Assembly (NCBI GenBank): GCA_003556605.1
Contig: PWQX01000264.1
Location: 1-56,919 of the forward strand
Length of the DNA stretch: 56,919 nt
Source of the DNA: Spirochaetaceae bacterium
Lineage (GTDB): Bacteria > Spirochaetota > Spirochaetia > DSM-27196 > SLAA01
Direction of reading: 5' to 3'
Shown here: positions 10,269 to 20,353 of the stretch, in pieces
Position numbering within the stretch: position 1 is the stretch's first letter
Layout of the letters: each line of letters opens with the position of its first letter
The notes under the pieces: generated by a model
Told to the model about the DNA's origin: nothing
Databases searched by the model: none
Seen by the model: only the letters and a program-made list of their open reading frames with translations
Position numbers and translations under genes: made by a program

Positions 10269-10886
10269 TCAGAACGGTAACGGAGAGGTGACAAACACCA
10301 GAATCCAATTCACCGACAACAACACGCCCATCACCACATAACCGACCGAGCTTGTCGGCCGCAGCGCTTCGCGCGTCGTTGATCGGCGTTCCCCGGGTTG
10401 ATAAAGATCGAACAAGACCTCATCGAGGCTTTCAATCAACCGCCGCGGCCGGATGTGCTTCTTACCTTCGATCACCCGTTCAAAGTAGTAGAATACCCGC
10501 CCGATCATGCCCCCCAAACGTCCGGGAAGACGCAGATCGGGCCGTATCGAAGCCAAGGACACAAACACCAGCCCCACGATAGTGAACCCCTTCTCGAGAC
10601 CGCTGCGCAGCGCACCCAGAGTCACCGTTAGCGGCCCTACAGTAAACAGGATCTCGCCAAACGGTGTGAACAGATTGAATATCGTGATTGAGCTGACCAT
10701 GATTACGAAATACATCCATTTGATGCGTTTGCCGTTCACAGTAGCCAAGAAAGCGAACAGCAACACCTGAGCGACTCGCACCACGAGATTCGGCTGGAAC
10801 AAGAACGCCGGGATCAGAAGCGCGCCGGTAAGAAACAGATGGTGAGGCGCAAAGTGGCGGCCCAGAAAGGTCTCACGAGGCTGCAA
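10269..10886 (-). CDS. Membrane protein resembling a shortened ECF transporter T component
   Basis: Hydrophobic N-half with FNLFTPFGEILFTVGPLTVTLGALRSG, similar to EcfT/CbiQ; overlaps the end of the Gx gene. Start uncertain (TTG ~10886; track gives 10940). Confidence 0.55.
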   Translation of the reverse strand: MQPRETFLGRHFAPHHLFLTGALLIPAFLFQPNLVVRVAQVLLFAFLATVNGKRIKWMYFVIMVSSITIFNLFTPFGEILFTVGPLTVTLGALRSGLEKGFTIVGLVFVSLASIRPDLRLPGRLGGMIGRVFYYFERVIEGKKHIRPRRLIESLDEVLFDLYQPGERRSTTREALRPTSSVGYVVMGVLLSVNWILVFVTSPLPF

Positions 10887-11439
10887 AGTAGGCACGAATA
10901 CCCCCAAGCCAACGAGACTGCTCGTAGAACTGCTGCGCAAAAAGTCCGACGAGAACGCCGCTAAAAACCCCTAATCCCACAAACAACGGCGCGATTACCC
11001 ACGCGGTGAGCCCGAATATGAAAGTCACCGATAGATAAATCTGCACAACGTTGCTCGCGATCGCCCCGAATACGCTGATGCCCACCAGCGAAATATTGCG
11101 GCCGCCGAGCCTATAGGCTGCGAGCATCGCCACAGCACTCGCGAACGAGCCGCCGAACGAAAACAGAAACACGTAGGAGGCAAGCGTTCCGTTGATAAGG
11201 CCGTGCCCGAGCACCTTGAGGAGCACCAGCAGCAGCACGTACCGTGCCCGGACGAGCTTAATCGTCAGAAGAACCGGTAGATTCGCGAGCCCCAGCCGGA
11301 AGAACGGGAAAGGCTTGGGGAACAGGTACTCCAGAGTGGAAAAGAACAAACACAGCGCCCCCATGAACGCGATGAACTCAAGCGTTTCAGCTTTACCGGG
11401 GCCGGCGCGCTCCTCTCGGCGTGGTGCATCAAACATCAT
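10873..11439 (-). CDS. Gx transporter family protein (heptaprenyl-PP synthase component I-like, ECF S-component-like)
   Basis: LEYLFPKPFPFFRLGLANLP, FLFSFGGSFAS, SLVGISVFGAIASNVVQ motifs. Confidence 0.85.
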   Translation of the reverse strand: MMFDAPRREERAGPGKAETLEFIAFMGALCLFFSTLEYLFPKPFPFFRLGLANLPVLLTIKLVRARYVLLLVLLKVLGHGLINGTLASYVFLFSFGGSFASAVAMLAAYRLGGRNISLVGISVFGAIASNVVQIYLSVTFIFGLTAWVIAPLFVGLGVFSGVLVGLFAQQFYEQSRWLGGIRAYFAAS

Positions 11440-11457
11440 ACCGCGCCTGCCGAGCTC

Positions 11458-12219
11458 TCATTCAGGTGCTGCCTGCAACAGCGCAACCGAGATGTTGTCT
11501 GTACCTCCGGCTTCATTCGCGGCCGTTACACACTCGTGCACCGTGCTGCCGAGGTCGGCCCCACGTTCGGCGAAGGTGGCAGCGATACCGGAGTCGCCGA
11601 GCATATCGGACAACCCGTCGCTGCACAGTAGAAGCAGGTCACTATCGGGACTCAACGGGTCGAGCCGGAAGAAGTCGAGATAGAACTGCTCCTCGCTGCC
11701 GAAACAGTTCACAATAATGTTGCCCGGAATAGTTGGATCGCCGAGCTGCTCCCGCAACGTGTGATCTCGCGTCAACTGCCGAAGCCCTTCCTGATCATAG
11801 CGGTACAGCCGCGAGTCACCGGCGTGCAAGCAGAACAGGCCGCCTTCATAGCCGAACACCGCAGTGTAGGTAGTGGACATCCCTGCGCCCCCAGTCCTCA
11901 GCCAACTCTTCTTGATGAGGTCGGTGTTCACCTGCAGCGCTACTGATCTCGCCGCATCTGCCAAACTCTCGGGACTGAGCCCTACCTCCAGCGCTTCAAG
12001 CTGACTGAGCATTTGACCGGCGACGATCTTACTCGCATGGTCACCCCCGGGCGCTCCACCGACACCGTCGGCAACCGCAATCAAGAAACGGCCGTCGGGG
12101 AACTCCACTCGCGAGGTCTTCGCATCGTCCCGAATCAACCGAGATCCAATTGCGACTACGTCTTCGTTCTTTCTACGTACTCTTCCACGATTGCACGAAA
12201 CCGCTATTTCAAATGCCAT
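11458..12219 (-). CDS. PP2C-family Ser/Thr protein phosphatase
   Basis: GRVRRKNED, AVADGVGG, STT, HAGDSRLY, LTRDHT, LLCSDGLSD, GGTDNISV. Confidence 0.95.
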   Translation of the reverse strand: MAFEIAVSCNRGRVRRKNEDVVAIGSRLIRDDAKTSRVEFPDGRFLIAVADGVGGAPGGDHASKIVAGQMLSQLEALEVGLSPESLADAARSVALQVNTDLIKKSWLRTGGAGMSTTYTAVFGYEGGLFCLHAGDSRLYRYDQEGLRQLTRDHTLREQLGDPTIPGNIIVNCFGSEEQFYLDFFRLDPLSPDSDLLLLCSDGLSDMLGDSGIAATFAERGADLGSTVHECVTAANEAGGTDNISVALLQAAPE

Positions 12220-13102
12220 AGGAGCTCTCCTTCGTGGACCAAGCCTTCAAGTCGATTGCGCGAATGGGAAAGCGCTTCAGATAACTGGGTGACGAATATC
12301 CGGTACCGAAGTCGTCGATCGCAGCTTGGATATCCATTTCACGAATCCGGTGAATCTTGTACAACGAATTCTCCGCTTCGTCCATCATACTGCTTTCGGT
12401 AATCTCCAAGCGCAGGTTATCCGCTGCGACCCCTGCTCGACCCAACGCGCCCTGTATATTCGACAAAAGATACTCGTCTTTGAGCTGGCGCGGCGAGACG
12501 TTCACCGTAACAAACAGCGAAACAAGCTGCTGATTGGTCCAAGCGGTGAGCAGTGACGAGGCGCTGTAAAGCACCCATGTGCCGATCGGCACGATCAAAC
12601 CGCTTTCCTCGGCAACCGCAACCGCGATGAACCGGTCCGGCGGCACCAAGCCGTGGGCCGGGTAGATGATCCATTCCGTGAGACTGAAATCCAACGATCG
12701 CTTCGTATCCTCAAAGCCCTGATCCAGCGCGATGATATACACGGCAACCTGCCGCGGCGTGGCCGTGACATTTGCGTCCTGGAGAAAGCTGTTGATGTCA
12801 TTGTCAAGCACGCTGTGATTGGCAAGTTTGGTCTTCTCGTTGTAGATAAGCCGCATCTCGAGCTCTTGTTCCCGACGTTTACGCGTTTGGATTTGCTCTC
12901 TCAGATGGTTCCGCGTTCGAGATGTATCGTCGAGCTGCTGTTCGAGCTGCACCTGATGGCCGCGAAGCAGCATATAGCGTCGCTTGATATCTTCAGGAAC
13001 ACCGTGCCGCTGCAGCACCTCTTGCAGTTCGTCCGGCGCATCCGAAGAGAGCTCACGATCACCAATTAGATCCCTCACACTCATACGATTCCTCTTCCGC
13101 AA
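12209..13102 (-). pseudogene. Internally deleted and truncated GGDEF-EAL (c-di-GMP signalling) gene
   Basis: GGDEF-start remnant (YNEKTKLAN) runs straight into mid-EAL sequence (PAHGLVPPDRFI..AEESGLIVPIG, VNVSPRQL, LEITES, IDDFGTGYSS). No GGDEF motif, no E-x-L motif, no KIDxSF or AEGVE. Confidence 0.75.
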
Positions 13103-13105
13103 CCA

Positions 13106-13597
13106 TCAGAGGTCCAATCGGGGATCTCCAAAGCGTATCACGCCCCACTTACGCATGATCTCGGCTATGAGCAACGTGATAATCGCCGGCAGCACGAAAT
13201 GCAAGAGCACGATCCCCGGAATCCCAGAGCTGCCCATGACCTCCAGAGTGGCAACCTGTCCAACCAAGCCCTCCGTCCCCATTCCCGCTCCGACAGCACT
13301 ATTCTCCATTTGGAACACTATCGTGACAAGAGGACCCAAGACCGCTGAAGTAAAGATGGCCGGAACCCAGACGAGTGGCCGCCGGACGATATTCGAAAAC
13401 TGCAGCATCGAGGTACCGATACCCTGCGCGAGCAATCCACCGGCCTTGTTTTCACGGTAGCTGCTCACCGCGACCCCCCACCATCTACGTTGCGCAGCGC
13501 ACGCCACGCTCGCGCCGACCGCCATGCCGCTGATGACCGAAACCGGGTGCCGCCCGAAGCTACCTATATGATGCAGGAGAGAGATGACGAGCGCCAT
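13106..13597 (-). pseudogene. C-terminal fragment of a PTS EIIC-like (PfoR-type) membrane protein
   Basis: SYRENKAGGLLAQGIGTSMLQFSNIVRRP and AGMGTEGLVGQ are C-half motifs; the N-half is missing and the QMVG motif survives only in a shifted frame. Confidence 0.7.
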
Positions 13598-13614
13598 GTG
13601 ATATTATGAGTTAC

Positions 13615-13688
<74 letters not shown>

Positions 13689-13786
13689 GGGCTTATGCTG
13701 CCGCACGATTTACCGGCACAGCTGCAATCATCTGCAGATACCGTACGCGTTTGCCGGCCCGCTGTCAAGCTACGTGCGACCAGCGG

Positions 13787-13814
13787 TTGACAGCGCGGGC
13801 GGCGTCATTACAAT
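13787..13814 (+). promoter_or_regulatory. Sigma70-type promoter for the small-membrane-protein/maf pair
   Basis: TTGACA (13787-13792), 16 nt, TACAAT (13809-13814); ATG at 13824. A divergent TTGACA (13768-13763, minus) faces the tRNA. Confidence 0.65.
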
Positions 13815-13823
13815 CAAGCGCGT

Positions 13824-14054
13824 ATGAAATTGAACGCGGGTACCGTGGTTGGAATAACCCTGTTCTGTCTTGCGGCAGGTACGCTGACGTGGGAGATTAT
13901 CGAGCAATTCGCAGAGCACGTCACCGGCGTCAGCCCGCAGCTTGCTGTCGGGCCGTACGGATTCGACATCGGAGTACTCGCGATCTGGATACGCTTGAAT
14001 CCCGGCAGCGTTCTCGGCATACCAATCGCCATAGTGCTTCTGAGGCGCTTGTGA
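13824..14054 (+). CDS. Small membrane protein, DUF4321-like
   Basis: 76 aa, hydrophobic, C-terminal IRLNPGSVLGIPIAIV; its stop overlaps the maf start (GTGA). Confidence 0.65.
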   Translation: MKLNAGTVVGITLFCLAAGTLTWEIIEQFAEHVTGVSPQLAVGPYGFDIGVLAIWIRLNPGSVLGIPIAIVLLRRL

Positions 14055-14695
14055 GTCGAATCAATAAACGCGGCGCGAGCCACGGCACCTCCGACCCCGG
14101 CGCCGCCGGCGGCGGCGATTGCATTGTCCTCGCTTCTGCGTCACCGCGGCGGGCTGCGCTGTTGCGCATGTTGGATTTGCGGTTTCGCGTTGCACCGCAC
14201 GGCCTTACCGAGACGCTGCGGCCCGGCGAGCCGCCTATTGAAACCGCGCGCCGTCTGGCGGCTGAAAAGGCCGCCGCAGCGCAAACTATGACCGAGCTCG
14301 AACCGCGCGAGGTGCTCCTGGCGGCCGACACTATCGTGGTGCTTGACGGGCGGGTATTCGGCAAGCCCGCAAGTCGAGCGGAAGCGCGCCTTACCCTTGA
14401 ATCGCTTTCCGGACGCGAGCATCAGGTCATCTCGGCAGTGGCGCTCTACGCTCCGGAAACCGACAGCATGCACGTGGACCATGACTTCAGCGCGGTGCGC
14501 TTTCGTTCCATGTCACCGGCGGACGTTGAATGGTACCTCGATACCCGCGAGTGGCGTGATGCGGCCGGCGGATACAAGGCGCAGGGCCGGGGCGCCTGGT
14601 TTGTAGAGGCGGTTCACGGGTCGTTCTACTCAGTGATGGGGTTGCCAATTCACTGCTTATATTCTATTCTTAGGCTCGTTTCGTTCCGGTTCTAG
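14051..14695 (+). CDS. maf: Maf-family nucleoside triphosphate pyrophosphatase (YhdE-type)
   Basis: VLASASPRR, AADTIV, GKP, LSGREH, AGGYKAQG, SVMGLP. Confidence 0.92.
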   Translation: MSRINKRGASHGTSDPGAAGGGDCIVLASASPRRAALLRMLDLRFRVAPHGLTETLRPGEPPIETARRLAAEKAAAAQTMTELEPREVLLAADTIVVLDGRVFGKPASRAEARLTLESLSGREHQVISAVALYAPETDSMHVDHDFSAVRFRSMSPADVEWYLDTREWRDAAGGYKAQGRGAWFVEAVHGSFYSVMGLPIHCLYSILRLVSFRF

Positions 14696-14736
14696 CCGCT
14701 GTGTGAGCATTGTACAGCATGTGCCGCTCAGAACCG

Positions 14737-14855
14737 GAGCCGCGAAATCCAGAACTTCCGGCCGCGACTTATCGTCTCGTGATACCGCCGCGGCTCGAGA
14801 AACAAAACGAAGGAACACGGCACCGCACCGGTGTCGTACCGGGTAGGAGGCAGTT
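14737..14855 (+). promoter_or_regulatory. Possible structured rpsB (S2) autoregulatory leader
   Basis: GAGCCGCG (14737-14744) pairs with CGCGGCTC (14789-14796); a second hairpin lies before the AGGAGG SD. Confidence 0.4.
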
Positions 14856-15872
14856 GTGGCAGTTGTTACGATGAAAAACTTGCTGGAATCTGGGGTGCAT
14901 TTCGGCCACCAGACCAAGCGCTGGGATCCGCGAATGAAGCAGTACATCTTTGCGGAGCGCAACGGTATCCACATCATCGATCTGCAAAAGACAATCGTGG
15001 CGATCAAAGACGCCTACCAAGCCGTCCGCGAGACGGTTCTCGCCAATAGGTCGGTGCTCTTTGTCGGCACCAAGAAGCAAGCTCAACAGGCAATCGAACG
15101 TGAAGCTCAGAACTGCGGAATGTTCTACGTCAACAACCGCTGGTTGGGCGGCATGCTCACAAACTTCACAACCATCAAGAAGTCTCTGCTTCGTCTCAAG
15201 AAGCTAGAGAAGATGGAAGTCGACGGAACCTACGAAAGCCTCAGTAAGAAAGAGATTTCACGCGTTGAAAAAGAGCGCGCCAAGCTGGAGAAGAACCTCG
15301 GCGGCATCAAAGAGATGAAAGAGCTGCCGGGCATCGTTTTCGTAATCGATACCCGCAAGGAAGCGATTGCAGTCGCGGAGGCTCAGCGGATCGGTATTCC
15401 GATTGTCGCGGTAGTCGACACAAACTGCAATCCCGAGCCGATCGATTATCCGATCCCGGGAAATGACGACGCCATTCGCGCGATTACTCTGTTCACCCAG
15501 ATCATTTCCAAGGCCGTAATAGAAGCGGACAACGAAATGGGCCTACAGGTCATTGAAACCTTACAGGAGGAAGATGAAGAAACGGGTGAGCCCGTGGAAG
15601 TCGCCGCCGGAGCCGCAAAGCCCGAGGAAGCTACCGAAGCTACCGAAGCTACCGAAGCCGGGAGCAGCCTGGAAGGGGACGCTGAAACGGCGCCGGTCGC
15701 TGAGCTCGCCGATTCGGACACAGTCGAAGATGAGCCAGGGTACAGCGCTGAAGATTACTCTGAGTATGAGCCGCAGGACGACGATAGCAAGCAGGCCGCT
15801 CAAGAAGTAACCACTGAGGATCAGATGGCCGACCAGGCCGGGATTGATCAAGACGAGCTGTACCGGGAATAG
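14856..15872 (+). CDS. rpsB: 30S ribosomal protein S2 with long acidic C-terminal tail
   Basis: [36 protein letters not shown]. Confidence 0.98.
   Translation: MAVVTMKNLLESGVHFGHQTKRWDPRMKQYIFAERNGIHIIDLQKTIVAIKDAYQAVRETVLANRSVLFVGTKKQAQQAIEREAQNCGMFYVNNRWLGGMLTNFTTIKKSLLRLKKLEKMEVDGTYESLSKKEISRVEKERAKLEKNLGGIKEMKELPGIVFVIDTRKEAIAVAEAQRIGIPIVAVVDTNCNPEPIDYPIPGNDDAIRAITLFTQIISKAVIEADNEMGLQVIETLQEEDEETGEPVEVAAGAAKPEEATEATEATEAGSSLEGDAETAPVAELADSDTVEDEPGYSAEDYSEYEPQDDDSKQAAQEVTTEDQMADQAGIDQDELYRE
15627..15658 (+). repeat. 9-bp tandem repeat GAAGCTACC x3.5 (EAT repeats) in the S2 tail
   Basis: Read directly from the sequence. Confidence 0.9.
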
Positions 15873-15891
15873 GCAGACAAGGAGCAAATCA

Positions 15892-16737
15892 GTGCAAGTA
15901 ACGGCAGCAGATGTAAAGACGCTCCGCGATAAGACCGGAGCCGGAATGATGGACTGCAAGAAAGCCCTCACCAATGCCGCGGGAGATTTCGCGAAAGCTG
16001 AGCGCATTCTCAAAGAACTTGGGCTCGCAGCGGCAGCCAAACGCAGTGGCAAGCCGACAAACGAAGGTCGCATCTTCACCGCGGTAACCAATCACGGTGC
16101 CGCTTTGCTCGAGCTTTCGTGCGAAACCGACTTCGTCGCGCGAAATGCCGATTTCATCGCGCTCGGCAACGCGATTGTCGACCGTGTAGCCCGTGAAGAT
16201 CTGACAATCGATGACCCCCAGATTGCCGCAGAGATCCAAGCGGCGATCAGCACGATAAAGGAGAATATGGCGGCTCGTCGCGCTAAGCGGCTCACAGCCG
16301 AAGGCAACGAGCGCATCGTGCAATATGTGCACGGCGAAGGCGGGAACATCGGCGTGCTGGTTAAGATACGCGCCGGTACCCCCGGAACGCTGCAGAGCGA
16401 AACAGTACAGCGGTTTGCTTTCGATTGCGCGCTGCATGTGGCCGCATTTAACCCGAGCTTCCTGTCGAAGGAAACAGTTCCCGGCGAGTACTTGAAAGAA
16501 CAAGAAGAAATCTTCATGCAGCAGGCGCGTAATCTCGGCAAACCCGAGAAGGTACTCGAGGGTATTGTGAAGGGTAAGTTGAATAAGCACCTGTCCGAGA
16601 TCTGTTTTCTCGAGCAGCCGTTTGTGAAGGACGACAAGCGCTCGGTGGCGAAGGTAGCAGCCGATATCGGCAAAGAGACCGATGACGAGATCACCGTCTC
16701 GGATTTCGCGTACTTCAAGGTCGGCGAACAGGAATAG
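15892..16737 (+). CDS. tsf: Elongation factor Ts
   Basis: VKTLRDKTGAGMMDCKKAL, CETDFVARN; GTG start after AAGGAG. Confidence 0.98.
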   Translation: MQVTAADVKTLRDKTGAGMMDCKKALTNAAGDFAKAERILKELGLAAAAKRSGKPTNEGRIFTAVTNHGAALLELSCETDFVARNADFIALGNAIVDRVAREDLTIDDPQIAAEIQAAISTIKENMAARRAKRLTAEGNERIVQYVHGEGGNIGVLVKIRAGTPGTLQSETVQRFAFDCALHVAAFNPSFLSKETVPGEYLKEQEEIFMQQARNLGKPEKVLEGIVKGKLNKHLSEICFLEQPFVKDDKRSVAKVAADIGKETDDEITVSDFAYFKVGEQE

Positions 16738-16795
16738 CTTGCAGCCAATCCGCTTCCGGCTATTTGGTCGGGAACTGCGTTAAGAGGAGCCTGAT

Positions 16796-17350
16796 ATGGA
16801 TGCCATCATCGCTGATGGGAAAAACAGAATGAGCAAATCGGTGCAGACTTTGAAAGACGAGTTCAGCGGCTTGCGAACCGGTCGCGCGACCTCCGCGATG
16901 TTTGAACGCATCAAGGTTGAGTACTACGGCAACCCCACTCCCTTGAATCAAGTCGCTACCATCTCGATTCCTGAAGCGCGTCTCGTGGTGATTCAACCGT
17001 GGGACAAATCCGTGATCGGAGAGATCGAAAAGGCCATCCAAAAATCCGAACTGTCATTAAACCCTAACAACGACGGCAAGGTCATTCGAATTAACATCCC
17101 ACCTTTGACCGAAGAGCGTCGCAAGGAATACGTGAAGCTCGCCAAGCAAATGGCCGAGCAAGCGCGCGTCGCTGTGCGCAACATTCGCCGCGATGCCAAC
17201 GACTCGCTTAAGAAGGCGCAAAAGGACGGCGAGATCAGCGAGGACGAGGCCAAGCGCGGGGAGGACGAGATCCAGAAGCTCACCGATCAACACATTAAGG
17301 CAATAGACGAGCAGTTAGAGGCCAAGGAACACGAAATACTGGAACTCTAA
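16796..17350 (+). CDS. frr: Ribosome recycling factor
   Basis: [27 protein letters not shown]. Confidence 0.98.
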   Translation: MDAIIADGKNRMSKSVQTLKDEFSGLRTGRATSAMFERIKVEYYGNPTPLNQVATISIPEARLVVIQPWDKSVIGEIEKAIQKSELSLNPNNDGKVIRINIPPLTEERRKEYVKLAKQMAEQARVAVRNIRRDANDSLKKAQKDGEISEDEAKRGEDEIQKLTDQHIKAIDEQLEAKEHEILEL

Positions 17351-18084
17351 TGAGCACTGCGCGAGATTCGGCACAGTCCCTCACCGAGTCCAACCTGCCG
17401 GTTCATGTGGGGATTATCATGGACGGCAACGGCCGTTGGGCTAAGCAACGCAAGCTCAAACGCACGCGCGGCCATACCGAAGGGATAGAGGCGGCAAAGC
17501 GCGTTGTGGTTGCGGCCAGAGAGATCGGTATTCGCTACCTCTCGTTGTACTCGTTTTCAACTGAGAACTGGAAACGCGCCAAGGACGAGGTCGCGTTTAT
17601 TCTGGCGCTGGTGGCCAGGAATCTGCGTGAGCAGTACGACTTCTACCGTGAAAACCACATCCGGCTGTTTCACAGCGGCAATATCGAGGGGCTGCCGCCT
17701 GATGTACGCTCTGAAATCGCCGCGGTAACGGCCGATACCGAGCATTACGACGGCATTTACGTCAACCTCGCGGTCAACTACGGCGGACGCGATGAAATCT
17801 TACGAGCGGTGAACGGGTGGATTGCCGATCACAATCAGGCGCCGGCACAGTATCTCACGCTCGACGGACTGCGGGCGTACCTTGATTTGCCGGAGTTTCC
17901 CGACCCCGACTTGATTATCCGCAGCGGCGGTCACAAGCGCCTCAGCAACTTCTTGTTGTGGGAGTCGGCGTATTCGGAGCTGTACTTCAGCGATCGTTTG
18001 TGGCCCGACTGGACTAGGGAAGACTTGATCGCGGCAATAAAGGACTTCCAAGTGCGGCAGCGAAACTACGGCGGGGCGGAATGA
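17350..18084 (+). CDS. uppS: Undecaprenyl diphosphate synthase
   Basis: HVGIIMDGNGRWA, FSTENWKR, NYGGRDE, PDLIIRSGG..RLSNFLLW. Confidence 0.97.
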   Translation: MSTARDSAQSLTESNLPVHVGIIMDGNGRWAKQRKLKRTRGHTEGIEAAKRVVVAAREIGIRYLSLYSFSTENWKRAKDEVAFILALVARNLREQYDFYRENHIRLFHSGNIEGLPPDVRSEIAAVTADTEHYDGIYVNLAVNYGGRDEILRAVNGWIADHNQAPAQYLTLDGLRAYLDLPEFPDPDLIIRSGGHKRLSNFLLWESAYSELYFSDRLWPDWTREDLIAAIKDFQVRQRNYGGAE

Positions 18085-18932
18085 GCAACGTCACGGTCCG
18101 GTTGCTGGTATTCTTCATCGGCTTACCGATACTGCTGGCAATTGTGGTCGTGTTCAACGAGCCGTACCACATCGGCTTCAATCTGCTTGCGATCGCTACA
18201 TCGGCGGTGTGTACCGTGGAGGCCGCCAATTTATTCGCGCACAAAGCAAAGAACTACCGGATTCGCGGTATCGGACTGCCGTTGCTCGGCACGGTTCTTC
18301 CGATCTCGGCTTTTCTCGCGGTCGTAGGTGTGGTTCCCATCGAGAGCCAGCTCGGTATTCTTGCAATCGCGACGATGGCGACGCTGGGTGTTGAAGCGTT
18401 CCGCAAGAACCCGACGGAGTTCTCCGAGATCTTGCCGCACGCCACGACCACTCTGGTGCTGCTGCTCTACCCGGGTTTCTTCTTCGCCTACTTGGTTCGT
18501 ATCACAGCGCTTCCGCATGCCACCGCGTTGGTATTGGTGTTCCTATGTGCGGTATATTTGAATGACAGCTTGGCGTACGCTACGGGTAAAGTGTTCGGGC
18601 ACCGCAGCACAAGCGTTCTCGCAGTGAGCCCAAACAAGACGCTTGTAGGGTTTCTCGGCGGTTTCGTCATGTCGCCGATCTCAATTCTCGCGGCTGCGGT
18701 ACTTGATCCGAATCTCTTCCCGGGGGGGCCGGCGCAGCACTTAGCGCTGGGGACGGCGGTCGGAATTGCGGTTATTCTCGGTGATCTCGCCGAGTCGGCT
18801 CTAAAACGGTCGGCTACCATAAAGGACAGCGGCAGCGTTATCCCAGGTCGCGGTGGGCTTCTCGACTCGGTTGATTCGGCATTGTTTGCCGCACCCGTAT
18901 ATTATTATCTTTATCAAGTGCTGTACATGTAG
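18081..18932 (+). CDS. cdsA: Phosphatidate cytidylyltransferase
   Basis: SPNKT, GDLAESALKR, KDSGSVIPGRGGLLDSVDS. Confidence 0.95.
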   Translation: MSNVTVRLLVFFIGLPILLAIVVVFNEPYHIGFNLLAIATSAVCTVEAANLFAHKAKNYRIRGIGLPLLGTVLPISAFLAVVGVVPIESQLGILAIATMATLGVEAFRKNPTEFSEILPHATTTLVLLLYPGFFFAYLVRITALPHATALVLVFLCAVYLNDSLAYATGKVFGHRSTSVLAVSPNKTLVGFLGGFVMSPISILAAAVLDPNLFPGGPAQHLALGTAVGIAVILGDLAESALKRSATIKDSGSVIPGRGGLLDSVDSALFAAPVYYYLYQVLYM

Positions 18933-18944
18933 GGGTATCCACGC

Positions 18945-20312
18945 GTGATTGGGCTGAATATCGTCATCGGACTCATCGGACTAGGGCTTGTCGTTTTTGT
19001 GCACGAGCTCGGACATCTCCTCGCCGCAAAGGCAGTCGGGATTGGGGTTGAGGCGTTCTCGGTCGGCTGGGGTAAGAAGCTCTGGGGCTTCACCCGCAAA
19101 GGCACCGACTACCGTGTCTCGCTGATCCCCATCGGCGGCTACTGCAAAATGAAGGGCGAGGAGATGCTCATCAAGGCGTGGGAGTCCGGCGAGTCGACCA
19201 TCCCCTCTGAACCCGGGACCTTTTACGGAGCTACCCCATGGCGCCGAATCGTTGTAGCAGCCGCAGGGCCGATTGTGAATCTGATGTTTGCAGCGCTTGC
19301 TCTTTCTGTTGTGTGGTTTGCCGGATTTACGATTCACACGTTCGAGAATCGCATTGTACTTGCTTCGGAGTACGGGAATTACAACCAAGTGCAGGCGCGT
19401 GTTGCCACTGACGCCGGACTCGAAACCGGCGACTACGTCGTCGCAATCAACGACGAACCAATCGAGCACTACCGCGAGATTCAACAGCGTGTTGCCCAAT
19501 CTCCCAATCAGCCGTTGCTCTTTCAGTTACGTCGCGGAGATCGGCAGCTCGAGCGTGAGCTCACCCCGCAGCTTAACCGCGAGACCGGCGCCGGCCAGAT
19601 CGGGATCCTGCCGTGGGTAGAGCCTGTCGTAGGATCAGTGCGTCCGGGCTCCGGTGCGCGGCTTGCAGGTGTGCAGCCTGGTGATCGCATCGTAGCTATC
19701 AACGGCCAGCGCGTAAAGCACTCGGTAGATTTCACCGATAAGCTGCAGGACACCAGCGGCTACGTACAGCTCAAGGTGATGCGAAACGGTGAAACGCAAG
19801 AGAAGCAGATCACACCGGCGCGCAGCGAAGACGGCCGGCGGGAAATTGGTATCAGCTTTCAGCCGATTCAAATGAGCTCGCCCGATCTCGGGCCGGTCGG
19901 CGCGCTCGCCACCGGTATACGCGAGACCGGAAACACCGTTGTTTTGTACGTTCGCGGGTTGGGCATGCTATTTGCGGGTATCGATCTCACCCAAGCCTTA
20001 GCAGGCCCGGTGCGCATCACTTACATCGTCGGTGAGGTCGCAACCGAAGGCTTCACCCTGGGCATTGGAGCTGGATTCACCGCTGTGTTTAACTTCCTCA
20101 GCCTTCTGAGCGTCGCGTTGTTTATCATGAACCTTCTTCCAATTCCAGCCCTCGACGGCGGTCAGATTCTGCTGTTCGTTTTTGAAGGTGTGACGCGCCG
20201 GAGGCTCAGCCCGAAACTGGTGTACCGGTATCAGTTTATCGGAACAGTTTTGATCCTTTCGCTGATTGTATTCGCGCTTTTCAGTGATATTCTATTTCTT
20301 ACCGGCCGGTGA
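18945..20312 (+). CDS. rseP: RIP metalloprotease RseP with two PDZ domains
   Basis: VHELGH, IPIGGYCKM, AAGP..N, NLLPIPALDGG. Confidence 0.97.
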   Translation: MIGLNIVIGLIGLGLVVFVHELGHLLAAKAVGIGVEAFSVGWGKKLWGFTRKGTDYRVSLIPIGGYCKMKGEEMLIKAWESGESTIPSEPGTFYGATPWRRIVVAAAGPIVNLMFAALALSVVWFAGFTIHTFENRIVLASEYGNYNQVQARVATDAGLETGDYVVAINDEPIEHYREIQQRVAQSPNQPLLFQLRRGDRQLERELTPQLNRETGAGQIGILPWVEPVVGSVRPGSGARLAGVQPGDRIVAINGQRVKHSVDFTDKLQDTSGYVQLKVMRNGETQEKQITPARSEDGRREIGISFQPIQMSSPDLGPVGALATGIRETGNTVVLYVRGLGMLFAGIDLTQALAGPVRITYIVGEVATEGFTLGIGAGFTAVFNFLSLLSVALFIMNLLPIPALDGGQILLFVFEGVTRRRLSPKLVYRYQFIGTVLILSLIVFALFSDILFLTGR

Positions 20313-20353
20313 GTCGTTATTCGGGCTGCACCGGCCCGCACAGGAGTAGCTGA

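Noticed and set aside
14560-14590. Maf DAAGGY instead of the common DKAGAY
   Set aside because: A single substitution with all other motifs intact; not enough to claim altered function
16738-16795. pyrH missing between tsf and frr
   Set aside because: Usual arrangement in spirochaetes such as Treponema and Borrelia; a taxonomic clue, not a novelty
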